A stretch of 64,000 bases of DNA from Octopus vulgaris (GCA_951406725.2 OX597834.1:25296001-25360000); one strand, 5' to 3'; positions 14,353-29,772 are shown, numbered from the stretch's first letter. The notes: generated by a model not told the origin, from the sequence alone. Made by a program: numbers and translations.

Positions 14353-15027
14353 AATTTCTGTCGACTTAGAACGGATTAAAGACAAAGTTAATCTTAGCAG
14401 GATTTAAACTTGGAGCAGAGGTAATCGAAACCAATGTCACGTGACATTTTACCCATTACTCTAAAGATAGAAAATGGCGAGTTGGTAAATTCACGGTCGT
14501 CATACTGCTCAAAAACAAGGATGTTTTCGACAATACCCAGAAAATCCCCGATATTGTATCATTCTAGGTACCAACGACATCAGCAAAACTTTTATTCCAT
14601 ATACTTACATATATTTAAAATCTAAATTCTAGAAATTCTTCGAAGAAACTAAAATATGACTCTGACGAACCAACTAGTTCTCAGAGTGCCAAACTTCTGT
14701 AGAATACAGTACAAAGTTTTAAAGAATTTATGATTCCCCGAACGCAGTTATTTCTTCAGCCTTTTCTATTCTTACCAACACATGTTCACACCTTGCCATC
14801 CATGCAGCGCCGTCACGTGCCTCTCACCGTTCCCTAAACACAGCACCACCATAACGACTTCTGCAACCCTCTATCAATCACCAAGAATGCTGGCTCCACC
14901 ACAACAGACTCTACTGTAGCACCTACCATAATCTATTGTTCCTCTTCTTGCAAGCAATAACACCAGACAATAAGAATTTCAACTAAATATCACACTCCAC
15001 AACACGCTTTGATGTGACACCTTACAA

Positions 15028-15087
<60 letters not shown>

Positions 15088-15457
15088 TCTCTCTCTCTCT
15101 TTCTTTCTTTTTCTCTATCTATCTCTCACATGGACCTTATCTTTCTTTCTCAAACACTCATGTCTCTATTTCTCTTTACTTTGCATTAACACCACAGATT
15201 ATCAACTACAGCCAACCATCACACACTCAACAGCATAACTATATCACACACACACACACACACACATACTCCACACACTTACACATGTATACACACACAG
15301 AATACACAAATAAACACACGCACAGATATTCAGATATATCTTTGAAAAAGAAACATACCGGAATACGCACACACACATAAACATATATACATACATATGC
15401 ATGCATACATAAATAGATATGCATACATGCATACAAATACATACATACATACATACA

Positions 15458-15678
15458 TATTTCTTTACTACCCACAAGGTGCTAAACACAGAGAGGACAA
15501 ACAAGGACAGACACACGGATTAAGTCGATTACATCGACCCCAGTGCGTAACTGGTACTTAATTTACCGACTCCGAAAGGATGAAAGGCAAAGTCGACCTC
15601 GGCGGAATTTGAACTCAGAACGTAACGGCAGACGAAATACGGCTACGCATTTCGCCCGGCGTGCTAACGTTTCTGCCA
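15458..15678 (-). mobile_element. SINE family B
   Basis: Near-consensus copy embedded in (ACAT)n. Confidence 0.8.
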
Positions 15679-16932
15679 CATACATACATACATACATACA
15701 TACATACATACATACATACATACATACATACATACATACATACATACATACATACATACAATCATGTGCGCATGCTTATATGTGTACACTATATCTGAAA
15801 TAGCCACAACTGGAATGTCTTTGACCATAGGTCTTCTCCATCAAGAACGATTTAGTGCTAAACAACGGTCATTACACCATTCTAAGAACAACATACACGA
15901 CTACCAGCACCACCATTTCCCTATGTCGAGCCGAACACAGAACCATATATAGACACAAGAATAGTTAACAACATTATGTAGAGCCGTTCTTTCCTCCTAT
16001 AAGCCACGGTCGACCACGCGTCTGTACAGGCTTGAGGAAAGATCTTTTTGAGATCTAACAATTGACCGCTTATGCCCTCTTCTTGGCACCAACGGGATTT
16101 GAATTCAGAACATAAAATGCTGAAAGAAATACCGCAATGCAGTTTTCCTGGCGTCGGCCATCTTTACATAAACACATAAAATACTGTATTTATGTACTGT
16201 GATCGCAAATTATAGATACAAAGATGGGGCAGTTTTCGTACTCCAACAGAATGCTGTTCGCTTGTGTCCGCAGATATACAGAACTAGGGTAAGCAATAAC
16301 AGAAAATACAGGCTACTCAGATTGTACCTCATACAATAAACTACCCTGTGACGATCTGACGAAAAAGTAACTGTCAGGGGAACGCATCTTCCACAATCAA
16401 ATTTGAAACCATTTCCTCGTGAAGTACTTTTAAAGCCTGGAGTCCAAACTTTTGATACATATTTAATATAAGTTATAAATCTATGAATTTGTAAAATTGA
16501 ATATTCTTTTTTTTTTTTACTTATAAACTGCAGGTTCTTATAAAATTGCAATTGGCCTCTGGTGCTAAATAAATTACTGAAGCCTTCGAGTAAAGCAGTA
16601 ATTTAATAAAACCGACATACCTATAACGAAATTGCTAAATTAAAGATTCGATATTTCCTCTCGGCACCTATTCCTCTACTCGCCGTCCATGTTCTTGCAA
16701 TTAGCCCCTGGTTCTAAAAGAGTTTTACCATTCCTGTCAGCACAATTGCTTGGTGTGCTCTCAATAACAGCTAAGTCTCTTGCTCTAACACTCAAAAGAG
16801 TACACTGGATTACGTAGTTTTACATACAAATTGTCTGAAATATGTGTGCGCATGCGTATATGTGTATAAATATATATATGATTTTGTGTGTGTGCGTGTG
16901 TGTGTATTCGTATATACATATAATATATATGC

Positions 16933-16964
<32 letters not shown>

Positions 16965-17360
16965 ATGTATATATGAATGTATGTATATAAATGTTTATAC
17001 ATTTATATACATATATGAGTATATGTGCGTGTGTGTGTGTGCGTGCGTGTGTGTATCTGTGTGTGTGCGTGTGTGTGTATGCGTGTGTGTATCTGCGTGT
17101 GTGTGTGCTTGTGTGTGTGAATGTATGCGCGGATGCAGCAAAGAGAATGTTTAAGAGATTCACTTCCTAATCACGAAATATCAATGTGAGATCGAGTTCG
17201 ATCTCGCATTGCGGCGTCTCAGTCACGTGTCAATTACCATAGTTTCATGCCGATCCAAAATTTTATCAGCGAAAATAGAGAATCGGAAACCGTGTGGAAG
17301 CCTGCTGGATGGATTATACCCGATTCTACCTGATTCTACATTCTGTAAATGAGGTGGGTG

Positions 17361-17479
<119 letters not shown>

Positions 17480-17599
17480 CGTTAGCGCGCACCTTTACGT
17501 GTGTCAAGAAGTTTTTAGCACATTCTTTCTTTTAAGAGTAGCAGTTATAACTGTTCTAGATTATTGTGATTTTAGCATATCATTATTAGACATCTAATA

Positions 17600-18025
17600 A
17601 AGCGGCGAGCTGACAGAATCGTTAGCACGTTAGACGAAATACTGAGAGGTATTCCGTCAGCCGTTACGTTCTGAGTTCAAATTCCGCCGAGGTCGACTTT
17701 GCCTTTCATCCTTTCAGGGTCGATAAATTAAGTACCAGTTTCGCACTGAGGTCGATGTAATCGACTTAATCCCTTTGTCTGTCCTTGTTTGTCCCCTCTA
17801 TGTTTAGCTCCTTGTGGGCAATAAAGAAATAAAAAACGTTAGCACGTTAGACGAAATGCTTAACAGTATTTCGCCCGCTGCTACGTTCTGAGTTCGAATT
17901 CCGTCGAGGTCGACTTTGCCTTTCATCCTTTCGGTGTCCATAAAGTACCAGTGAAAGACTGGGGCCGATCTAATCGACTATTCCCCACTCCCAAATTTCA
18001 GGCTCTATGCCTATAATAGAAAGCA
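17600..18025 (+). mobile_element. Tandem pair of SINE family B copies with different tails
   Basis: First copy 17600-17830 ends CCTTGTGGGCAATAAAGAAAT. Second copy 17836-18025 ends CCCAAATTTCAGGCTCTATGCCTATA. Confidence 0.75.
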
Positions 18026-18730
18026 TTATTATACATCTAAAAAGCTGACCTACCGACGTTTGTTATTCCAGATTGAAGGAGACAGCTGTAACAGGACCTC
18101 AAATACACCCTACTAAACACTACACAGCTGACGAGTTTGCAGAATGCAGTCGGGACGTGAAGAAGACTAGGAAGCCCGCTCTATAATAAAAGTTTGTGTT
18201 AAACTAGTCAAAAACGCCACAAAAACATATAAAATGATCAAAGTGGTTTGTGGATTGTGTGAGCCAAGTCTCTGTTTTTCACTGGCACTAGAACGCAGGC
18301 ATAGCAAATTTATCAGGAAGCTAATGGTGATCCCCTATTTTCTACAGCAAGTGCATCATCTAAATCTACTGGGTTCCCTTTGGTCAGACAATAAACAAAG
18401 AGTGCTTTATGGAGGTTTTGACGGAATCCGAAAGAGATTTGGTCCGAACAGCACAGAGCACCTGCAACAGGAAAATGCACCAAGCCCGCAATTCTATCCT
18501 GTACACGAAGATAAGCATCGAATCACCCTCCCCACATTCCAAACCTTGCTGTCTTGGCTTTTGTTTGCTTCCCAGGCTCAGTTTGAGAATCCTGCTTAAA
18601 GAAGATGAGAGTTTTGTACTTTCTCTTTTTACAAATAATAAATGTCTTCCGAAAACGTCTCGAAACTTCTTGAATGCACCAATATATGTGTGTGTTTGTG
18701 TGTGTATTTATATATATATATATATATATA

Positions 18731-18962
18731 TATTTCTTTACTACCCACAAGGGGCTAAACACAGAGAGGACAAACAAGGACAGACAAAGGGATTAAGTCG
18801 ATTACATCGACCCCAGTGCGCAACTGGTACTTAATTTATCGACCCCGAAAGGATGAAAGGCAAAGTCGACCTCGGCGGAATTTGAACTCAGAACGTAACG
18901 GCAGACGAAATACGGCCACGCATTTCGCCCGGCGTGCTAACGTTTCTGCCAGCTCGCCGCCT
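18731..18962 (-). mobile_element. SINE family B, full length
   Basis: Complete head-to-tail copy within (TA)n. Confidence 0.85.
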
Positions 18963-19901
18963 TATATATATATATATATATACAAGGTCGTGAACAGTCC
19001 GTGGAGGGCTATAACGTAATATGAAGACAACATCAATAATGAGAGAAAAGAACTTGATACTTCTTTATTTCATCTGTTGCATATGCACGATAATTAAATG
19101 ATGTCATACTATAAATGCATTTCTCGTCTGTTTGAGAAATTGCTTAGTCTCGATTATTTGTCCAGGAATCGCCCAGTCTCAAAAGGTCATGTTTCCCTTT
19201 GGGGTTTGCATCTAAGGATTGCTTCTATAGTGTGACTACATGCATTAACGAAAGCATGTCTAATTGATGAAAGAAGGGAATATAAAGTTCAACCCCCCCA
19301 CGTTTTCTCTCTCATCATGTGTATATATGTGAGCTTGTGCATATACGTGCCTGCGCTGCGCGTGTTCGTGTGCTTTCTCGAGACTAGTCCAATGACCCAT
19401 TAATTTGGAAATCTGAAATTCCCCTAACTTGCTTTCGTTCGCAGAGACCTGAATTAACTGAATGTGAGACAGAAAGAAAAAGACACACACACCATCGGGA
19501 ATAGACTGGACACACGATTAGCCGAATCCACTCACAGGCTTTGAGCCCAGGTCACCAGAAAAATGGCTCGTTCATACCTTCTCTATCATTAAGTTGAATC
19601 ACAGACCATCTACAAGCCTTCATTACAGAGGATACCAAAGAAGAGATTCAAGGACATCGTGAAGAAATTTCCGTGACTGTCACATGGCCCCGTTGCCGGT
19701 GACCTACACTGGTTTCCCATTGCAAAGCCTAGCGACACTCAGTTGTCGATAAAACACAGAGAAGGGCGGTCAGAGATCCCAGAATAGAATTCTCCTTGCA
19801 GTAAGTATTTTTTTTGTCATCAGCGAGCCTGCAGTAGACGTGAAACGCCATATTCCAGAATATTCGTTGTTTGCGAAACCGAGCCATGATAGATACACAC
19901 A

Positions 19902-20019
<118 letters not shown>

Positions 20020-20150
20020 TGCACACACATAAACGCACACACTCGTACACACACACGAGCGTGTATAGATATACTTGAATGTGATAGAAATATAAATATA
20101 TATATATATATATGTACATACATACATACATACATACATACATACATACA

Positions 20151-20186
<36 letters not shown>

Positions 20187-20227
20187 TGTATGTATAAATA
20201 TATGTATATATATATATACATATACTG

Positions 20228-20273
<46 letters not shown>

Positions 20274-20299
20274 ACACGCTCACCTGTACGTGTGTCAAG

Positions 20300-20530
20300 T
20301 ATTCTTATTTTTATGTTCCTAAAATTTTTGTTACGTCTTGCAAGACTATTGAAAAGGTTGCAAGACGCAACGACAATTTTAGGAAAATAAGAATAAGAAA
20401 TAAGTGGAAATTTTACCGGTGAGTGTGTTAAATTATAAGACTCAAGAAGAAAATGACTCTCCCCAGACACAACAGAATATGCTTCAGCACACGAACTCAT
20501 ATAAAGAATCTTGCAAACCAAATCCAAAAA
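20300..20530 (-). repeat. Dispersed repeat with terminal inversion (same family as 29130-29275 and 29630-29920)
   Basis: Reverse complement of GGATTTGGTTTGCAAGATTC...GTGTCTGGGGAGAGTCATT...CTTGCAACCTTTTCAATAG. Confidence 0.7.
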
Positions 20531-20549
20531 CGAAATATATATATATATA

Positions 20550-20750
20550 ACGGGAAGCTTTATGAAAATAAACAAAAGACGAAGGCAGGTGGAGTACAAA
20601 CAAACAATTGTATTAGTATGGCGCTCAGGAATATAAATAAAACAAGTCGTTTATGTTTCGAGCCTACGCTCTTCGACAAAAAGATACACAGAAAAGAAAT
20701 ACGGAGAGAAACAAGGAGAGAAAAAAAAATGCGTGCAGAAGCTAGCGATT
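20550..20750 (-). mobile_element. Dispersed repeat with degenerate minimal hammerhead motif (same family as 30395-30592)
   Basis: Minus strand TCTTTTTGTCGAAGAGCGTAGGCTCGAAACATAAAC. Flanks match 30395-30592. Confidence 0.65.
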
Positions 20751-21055
20751 CAACATTTACACACATGTATGTATGTATGTATGTATGTATGTATGTATGT
20801 ATGTATGTATGTATGTATGTATGTATGTATGTATGTATATAAAGTTTATAACATGGTAGGCACAGACATAACTTTAGGCTCAACATTTCTGGGTCAAACC
20901 AGTACTTAAACGCATCCCGTTTTTACGTTTTGTTTTTTAACCACGAAACTTTACGCCCTTGAGTTATTCTCGAAATGTGTGTGTGTGTGTGTGTCTGTAC
21001 ATATACATATGCATGTGTGCATACACATATCTGCACACACACACACACACACACA

Positions 21056-21220
21056 TACGATGAGATTCTTTCAGCTTTCGTCTACCAAATCCACTCACAA
21101 GGATTTGGTCGACCCGAGGATATAGTAGAAGACACTTGGCCAAGGTGCCACGCAGTAGGACTGAACGCGGAACCATGTAGTTGGTCGGCAAGCTACTTAC
21201 CATACAGCCCCTCCTGCGCT
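21056..21220 (-). mobile_element. SINE family A, 5' half
   Basis: Matches the family A head. Confidence 0.7.
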
Positions 21221-21390
21221 TATATATATATATATGTATGTGTGTATGCATGTATGTATGTATGTATGTATGTATGTAAGTATGCATGTATGTATGTATG
21301 TGTGTATAAGTATATGTACGTATATATGTATGCATGTATGTATGTATCTATGTATGTATAAGTATATGTATGTATATATGTATATGTATT

Positions 21391-21438
<48 letters not shown>

Positions 21439-21845
21439 CTTTGAGTGTGTGTGTATACACGCAAACACACACATATACATACACACACACACACACAAAC
21501 AAACAAACAAACAAACAATGTGCATAGGAGGGTATAGTATCACTTTCTATATATTCGAGTCACCCCCAACCCGATGAGGGAATCTGAGTAGAAGGGAAAC
21601 TGTACGGAAACCTGTCTGATGGACTTGTACTCGTCATTTAACGAAGTACAACTTTGTAATATAGTCTTAGGTTGATTAGGTCTGAGAATAATGTCGAAGG
21701 ATCATGTGGTCTACGGAATATTCAGCCGCAAGAGAACATAACTGAATGAATCTGGTTTTGTTTATTGTTGATGGAACGCCGGAAGACTCGTGACCGCAAA
21801 TTCTCGCCAAGATCCAGTCATGCAGGTTCGCATGAATGAGTGCGT

Positions 21846-21914
<69 letters not shown>

Positions 21915-21995
21915 TGTATGTGTGTGTGTGTGTGTGTTAGTGTATGTGTGTGTGCATGCATTATAAATGTATATGTGTATATATGTATGTATATA

Positions 21996-22065
<70 letters not shown>

Positions 22066-22074
22066 TATTCTTTT

Positions 22075-22510
22075 ATTCTTATATTTTCTACTTGTTTCAG
22101 TCATTTGACTGCGGCCATGCTGGAGCACCGCCTTTAGTCGAACAAATCGACTGTAGGACCTTGTAACCCTAGTACTTATTCTATCGGCCTCCTTTGCCGA
22201 ACCTCTAAATTACGGGGGCGCAAACACACCAACATCGGTTGTCAAGAGATGGTGGGGGGACAAACACAGACACACATATAGATACATATATATATATATA
22301 TATACATATATATATTGTGTGCGTGTGCGTGTATGTACGTGTGTGTGTGCGGCGGATTTCTTTCATTTTGCTTGTACCAAATCCACTCAGTAGGCTTTGG
22401 TCGGCCCGAGGTTATAGTAGAAGACACTTGTCCAGGGTGCCTCACGGGGGGACTGAACTCGCAACTATGTGGTTGGGAGCAAGCTTCTAACCTCACAGAC
22501 ACACCTGTGC
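22075..22510 (-). mobile_element. SINE family A
   Basis: Head-to-tail copy with internal microsatellite. Confidence 0.75.
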
Positions 22511-23094
22511 GTTATTGCTATATATAGTTCAAATTTACAGAAAACAGAGGACGAAAACAGATGAAGGAACATCAGGCAGGTGTATTAGTTTGACGCTCGG
22601 GAAGAATGGAAAACTCCTTCACGTATGTGTATATATATATATATTTATATATATACAGCATATATGCATATATGTATGTAGGATATTATATACATGTGTG
22701 TGTGTGTGTGTGCATATATATGTATACATGTATATATATCAAAGAGGTGTCTTATAAAACTATTCCACATACAATAACACCCATACCAACCTAATACACC
22801 ACCATCACATATATAACTTATGTATGTGTGTGTGTGTGTTTGTGTGTGTACATATATGTACATATATGTACATATATATATATATATATCGCTTGACAAC
22901 CGGTACTGGTGTGTTTACGTCACCGTAACTTAGCGGTTTTGTAAAAGACAACAATAGAATAAGTACCTCACTTTAAAAAAATAAGTACTATATTGTCCCT
23001 ACATGGCTGCAAGTCTAATCGCTGAAGCAAGTGGAAGAGACAGACAGACAGACAGACACACAGACACACAGACCGTTAGATAGATAGATAGATA

Positions 23095-23385
23095 TGTTTC
23101 TTTATTAGCCACACAGGGCTGCACACAGACAGGACAAATTACAAGGTAGAGCTTTTCTTTTGGTTTTCGAAAGAGGACAAAAAAGGGGGGGATTAAAAAA
23201 AGGGGGAGGGGTGAATTGATCAATAGGGATCGTTATCACAGAAATGTCAATATGAAGTGTAAAGGGGAGGACAGGTGAGGTTTACCCGTGGAAAGAAAAG
23301 CCTACGGAAAAGACCACGGTAACCTCGGTCAATGAAGTCACATGTTATATTTCTTTTTTTTTTTTTGCAAATAAGCAACTCTCTG
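23095..23385 (-). mobile_element. Probable LINE 3' UTR fragment whose tail resembles the SINE family B tail
   Basis: Minus strand ends TTTGTCCTGTCTGTGTGCAGCCCTGTGTGGCTAATAAAGAAAC. Flanked by (GATA)n on both sides. Confidence 0.4.
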
Positions 23386-23393
23386 TATTAATG

Positions 23394-23490
<97 letters not shown>

Positions 23491-23832
23491 GTTGTGTGGA
23501 GTGTGTCAGGGAATCCTACTGAATATATCGTTGTCTTCGTTCCAGTGCTCTGTTCTCTAAGTTCAAAAGCCGCCGTCTTATATCTGCCTTTTATCCTTTC
23601 GTGGGGCACAAATACAATAATCCCAGTTCTGTAATCCAAGATTTCTGTTCTCTTTCTCTCTCTTTCCCAGTTTGTCTTTGGAACAAATCTTCTCTATTCA
23701 TATCTTGACAGGGATGGATAAACTCGAGCATTAAAAATGACCATCACACGCCAAATATAACGGTGGTACATCTACGGCACTCCTCCATCAAGAACTAAGA
23801 CCCCCACGCACACACACATAGATTCCTAAATG

Positions 23833-23865
<33 letters not shown>

Positions 23866-24118
23866 GTGTGTGTGTGCGCGCACCTGTGTGTTGTGCGAGT
23901 ATGTACGTTTGCATGATGCATGTATGTATGTGAGTATATATGTATGTATGTGCGTGTCTATATATATGTGTGTGTGTGTATGTGTGCGCGTGTGCGCGTG
24001 TGTGTGCGCGTGTGTGTGTGTGTGTGTTTGTGTATGTGTGTGTGTGTGCGTTGCCTGTGTTGTGCGAGTATGCACGTTTGCATGATGCATGTATGTATGT
24101 ATGTGAGTATATATGCAT

Positions 24119-24175
<57 letters not shown>

Positions 24176-24584
24176 ATATATATATGTGTGTGTGTGTGTG
24201 CATAGGCGGGTGCTTGTGTACTGAAAAGTTCTTAGCTTTAACAGAGTCACAAAAGGGCTTAGAAAAACTGCAACACTGCTGCAATAAATGTGTGAATATG
24301 TTGAATAAAATCATAATTAACTGACCCTCTTGTATTTTCTTTTACCCAAAGCAAGGGCTCTTCAGTATGTATGTATGTATGGATGGATGGATGGATAGAT
24401 GGATGGATAGATGGATAGATGGATGGATAGATGGATGTATGTATGTATGTATGTATGTATGTATTTATGTATGTATGTATTTATGTATGTATGTATGTAT
24501 GTATGTGTATATACATTTACGTCCGTGTGCGTTTATCTATATTTACCAAAACAAATACTCTACAAGGTGCATGTATTTACAATC

Positions 24585-24688
<104 letters not shown>

Positions 24689-24796
24689 CGATCGATCGAT
24701 CGATCGATGGACACATATACACACACATAGACACACAGTTTAAATAATAACAAATACAAAATGGTATATAATAAATTTGTTACCTGGGACATTGAA

Positions 24797-24851
<55 letters not shown>

Positions 24852-25157
24852 TAGATAGACAGATAGATAGACATACATGCATGTATATTTTTTTATTTAT
24901 ACAGATACAAACATACATACATATTTACGTATTACGGGACATTTATGTAAATACCAGATGCAAATCCATACTGTTATCCTATGTATACTCGTAGAAAACA
25001 TACACCAAAATATGTAAGTATAAACATATACGCCTATTCTACATACGTGCACGCATATATATATTATGTTTACGTATACGGTACGTATATCTATGTAGTA
25101 AATTCAATCGATCGATCGATCAAGTGATAGAATGATAGCTAGATGAGTGTGTGTGTG

Positions 25158-25215
<58 letters not shown>

Positions 25216-25507
25216 TACGTGTGTATATATCTACACGTGAGTGTAGGTATGTATGTATGCATATGTATATATGCGTGTGTGTGTATGTATATTTACACGT
25301 AACTGTAGGCTTGTATATGTGCATATTTGTGCACATAAGTATATATGAATATATATATATATATATGTGTGTGTGTGCATGTGTGTGAGTGTGTGTGTAT
25401 GCGTGTGTGTATGTATACACAAACACATATATATATATATATACATATATACACACACACACACACACACAATATATATATATACACACACACACACACA
25501 AAAATAT

Positions 25508-25566
<59 letters not shown>

Positions 25567-25742
25567 ACACACATACACACTTATGTGCATAAATATGCAC
25601 ATATACATGCCTACAGTTACGTGTAAATATACATACACACACACGCATATATACATATATACACGTACACGTAGAATTGCACGTACGTACACACACTTTA
25701 TGTATGCACCGTACATTCATGTCTCTACGTGTGTACACTCAC

Positions 25743-25836
<94 letters not shown>

Positions 25837-25865
25837 GGATGGATCGATCGATGGATAGATAGGTG

Positions 25866-25942
<77 letters not shown>

Positions 25943-25971
25943 AAAGATAGATGGATAGATAGGTGGATAGG

Positions 25972-26040
<69 letters not shown>

Positions 26041-26152
26041 GATGGATGGATGGATGGATGGATGGATCGATCGATCGATCAATCGATCGATGGACACATA
26101 TACACAGTTTAAATAATAACAAATACAAAATGGTATATAATAAATGTGTTAC

Positions 26153-26597
26153 CTGGGACATTGGCTCTCGGCCAAATTAAACTAAGAGGTACAAACACTC
26201 CATGATCTAGACCTCGACTGTGAATATTGGTACAACTTATTCCTTTCGCCTTAAACAGCTGCAACACCCGGGCCGCCACGGCCGGAGCGCCAGAAACTTG
26301 CCACTTGACGTTGTACGTACTGTCCGGGAAACCGTAGTAATCGTAATAAAGCGAGTGTGACTTGTCTTCCATCACCGTAGCAACCTGCTCCGACCAGTGG
26401 GCACTGACCACTAACACCGCCTTCGGCCGGTTCCTCAGGTAGGTCCGAGTCAGCTCACGCAGAAACTGGGCGGCATCCGAATGTTTGTCCATTCCACCCG
26501 TGCTCGGGTATTGTTTAGCATCCATGAAGAGCGACGGCCCTCCGCCGTGACTCAAAAATAGAACCGGCTGCCGTAGGTTCTTCGGAACGGCGCTCAT
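26153..26597 (-). CDS. First coding exon (148 codons + 1 nt) of a LigB-type / class III extradiol ring-cleavage dioxygenase (4,5-DOPA dioxygenase extradiol / YgiD-like)
   Basis: Translation MSAVPKNLRQPVLFLSHGGGP...PKAVLVVSAHW...LYYDYYGFPDSTY...GAPAVAARV...RGLDHGVFVPLSLIWPRANVP carries the family motifs SHGxG/P (His17), SAHW (His67), YD(F/Y)xGFP and RGLDHG. ATG has A at -3 and an in-frame TGA 9 nt upstream. Homology stops at CCCAG|GTAACAC (GT at 26152-26151), a phase-1 donor. The exon is clearly GC-richer than its flanks. Confidence 0.92.
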
Positions 26598-26769
26598 ATT
26601 GTCTCAAATGGTTGTGTTGAAGCTTATTAAAGCGATGATGATTGTGGTTGTGTATATATATGCATATATATATGCATGTATGTATATATATATGTGTATA
26701 TATATATATGTATATATATGCGAGTGCGCGTGTGTGTATTTGTGTATTATAAAAAAGGTGATGTATATG

Positions 26770-26819
<50 letters not shown>

Positions 26820-27644
26820 AGAGTTACGTTCACAGACTTTAACTATGGGTAACACAAATGCATGTATGCATGTTTTTCTGTCTGTCTGTCTGTTTGTCTG
26901 TCTGTGTATATATCTATATGAGTGTGTATGTGTTTGTCTGTGTGTTTGTAGTGAGGATGTGTGTGTATGCGTGTGTATGTGCGTGTGCGTGTGGTGTGTA
27001 TGAATATTTGTATACGCGCGCACCTTCGCAAATGTAATAAAGCTTTGTTATTTTCTGCCGTGCACACCTGTGCGAACGTTCCAATGTGTACCTGTATATA
27101 TCTGTGTGTGTGTGCGCGCGCGTGCGTATATGTGTGTGTGTGTACGTGTGTATGTATAATTATGTATGTATGTGTATATGTACGTGTGTGTGTTCTATGT
27201 ATATACGTATAGACGTATGCAAATGAGGGTTTTGTTTTACGAAGCGTACGCTTTTGTGGGTGGGGGAGGTCTGTGTATGTATATTCGTGTGGTGTGTGTA
27301 AGTGTGTGTGCGTGATGCACGTGTGTGTGTGCGTGTGTGTTTGTTTGTGTGTTATGTGTGTGTGTGTTTGCAGGTGCGTGCTTCTCTATATAAAGGTAGT
27401 ATTAGTAGTGTTCTAAACAGTAGTCAGAACGAGAGGGACAAAGAAAGAGAGAGAGAGAGAGATGTAGTTGATGGGGGAGGTTCAGAAGATAGAGAGAACA
27501 GAATAGTGGAATGGATGAAACGAATGTAAGAACGGATGGACGGAAAAGAGGAATAGAAATATGGAGGAATGAAGGAGATAGAGTGAAGAAAGGAATGTAG
27601 AGGAAAGAAGGAGAGATGGAAAGAAAGAAATTGGCAGACAGACT

Positions 27645-27686
<42 letters not shown>

Positions 27687-28756
27687 CAAACAGGCAGGCA
27701 GATAGCGAGAGAGACAACCAAAAAGGGCTTCGTAAAGGTATTCAGAAACTTTCGTCGTAGCCGTTGTTTTTGTTGTTGTTGTTGTTGTTGTAGTGGTGGT
27801 GGTGGTGGTGGTGGTTGTTGTTGTTGTTGATGTTGTTGTTTTTGTTGTTGCTTATCCCCAAGTCAGTCACGATCCAGCAACAGACCTATCAATAAAGACA
27901 GACACTCCAGTTGTGACCATACCGTCTCTTCTTGATTCAGAAAGGCCACGTTATCCAAAAAGTTCTACATCACATTTAAAAAAAAACAAAAACAAAAACA
28001 ACGTCAAGTTGCGTGAATATATGCGTATATGTGTGCGTATGTGTGTATGTGTATGTGTATGCGTGTTGTTATGAGTGAGTGTGGGTGATTTGGAGAAGAT
28101 TTGACGGGATGTTCGTAAAAGATTGAGCAAGCATATAAAAGCTCTGCCGTTGGTTCCACTGTTTCGGGTTTTCTTTACGGAGGGTGAACGACACCGAAAC
28201 TCTGTTTCTCAGAGAAGTTCTTTAAGACCAATCACTCGACTTACCACCATTACTGACCAACCAGCCAGCAAGCCAGCAAGCCAAGAACGTCTGTCTGGGC
28301 AGCAGACGACAGTAAGGGAGAGACAGAAGTAAAGAGAAAGAGAGTGAGAAAAAGGGGAAGAGATTGAGAGGAAGAGGAAGAGAATGAGAGAGAGAGAGAG
28401 AGTGATATCGTTATGGAGTCGCCGTCGTCGTTGTGTATAGTAAATATGTTTGAGAGATTTTTGGTTGTTGTTGTTGTTACTGATGTTGTTTAGCCCTAGG
28501 TCAGTCCTGATGCGGCAGATCTATTTCTAATCAACTTTCTAACAGCCGTGAACATCGCATTTTTTAACAGATTTAACTGTCTGCGTGTAGGTATGTTATG
28601 CATCTATGCATATTTGTATGTATATATGTACATATCTCTATGTGTATAAGTTTGTATGCATGTGTGTGTGTGTGTGAATGTGTGTGTGTGAATGTGTGTG
28701 TGTATGAGAGTACTATATATCATTTACTATTTATTAAATCTGTCTATCTATCTCTA

Positions 28757-29772
<1,016 letters not shown>

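Noticed and set aside
18125-18165. CTGACGA followed by a hairpin
   Set aside because: GGGAC replaces GAAAC and stems I and III are absent.
18234-18599. 121-aa non-repetitive ORF
   Set aside because: No recognisable domain or splice signals. At most a heavily decayed LINE fragment.
19440-19890. GC-richer island considered as dioxygenase exon 2
   Set aside because: Minus-strand frames have stops and lack the QxS, GSG and HN motifs.
26109-26152. ORF-track extension of the dioxygenase ([14 protein letters not shown])
   Set aside because: Homology ends at a canonical GT donor, so the tail is intron read-through.
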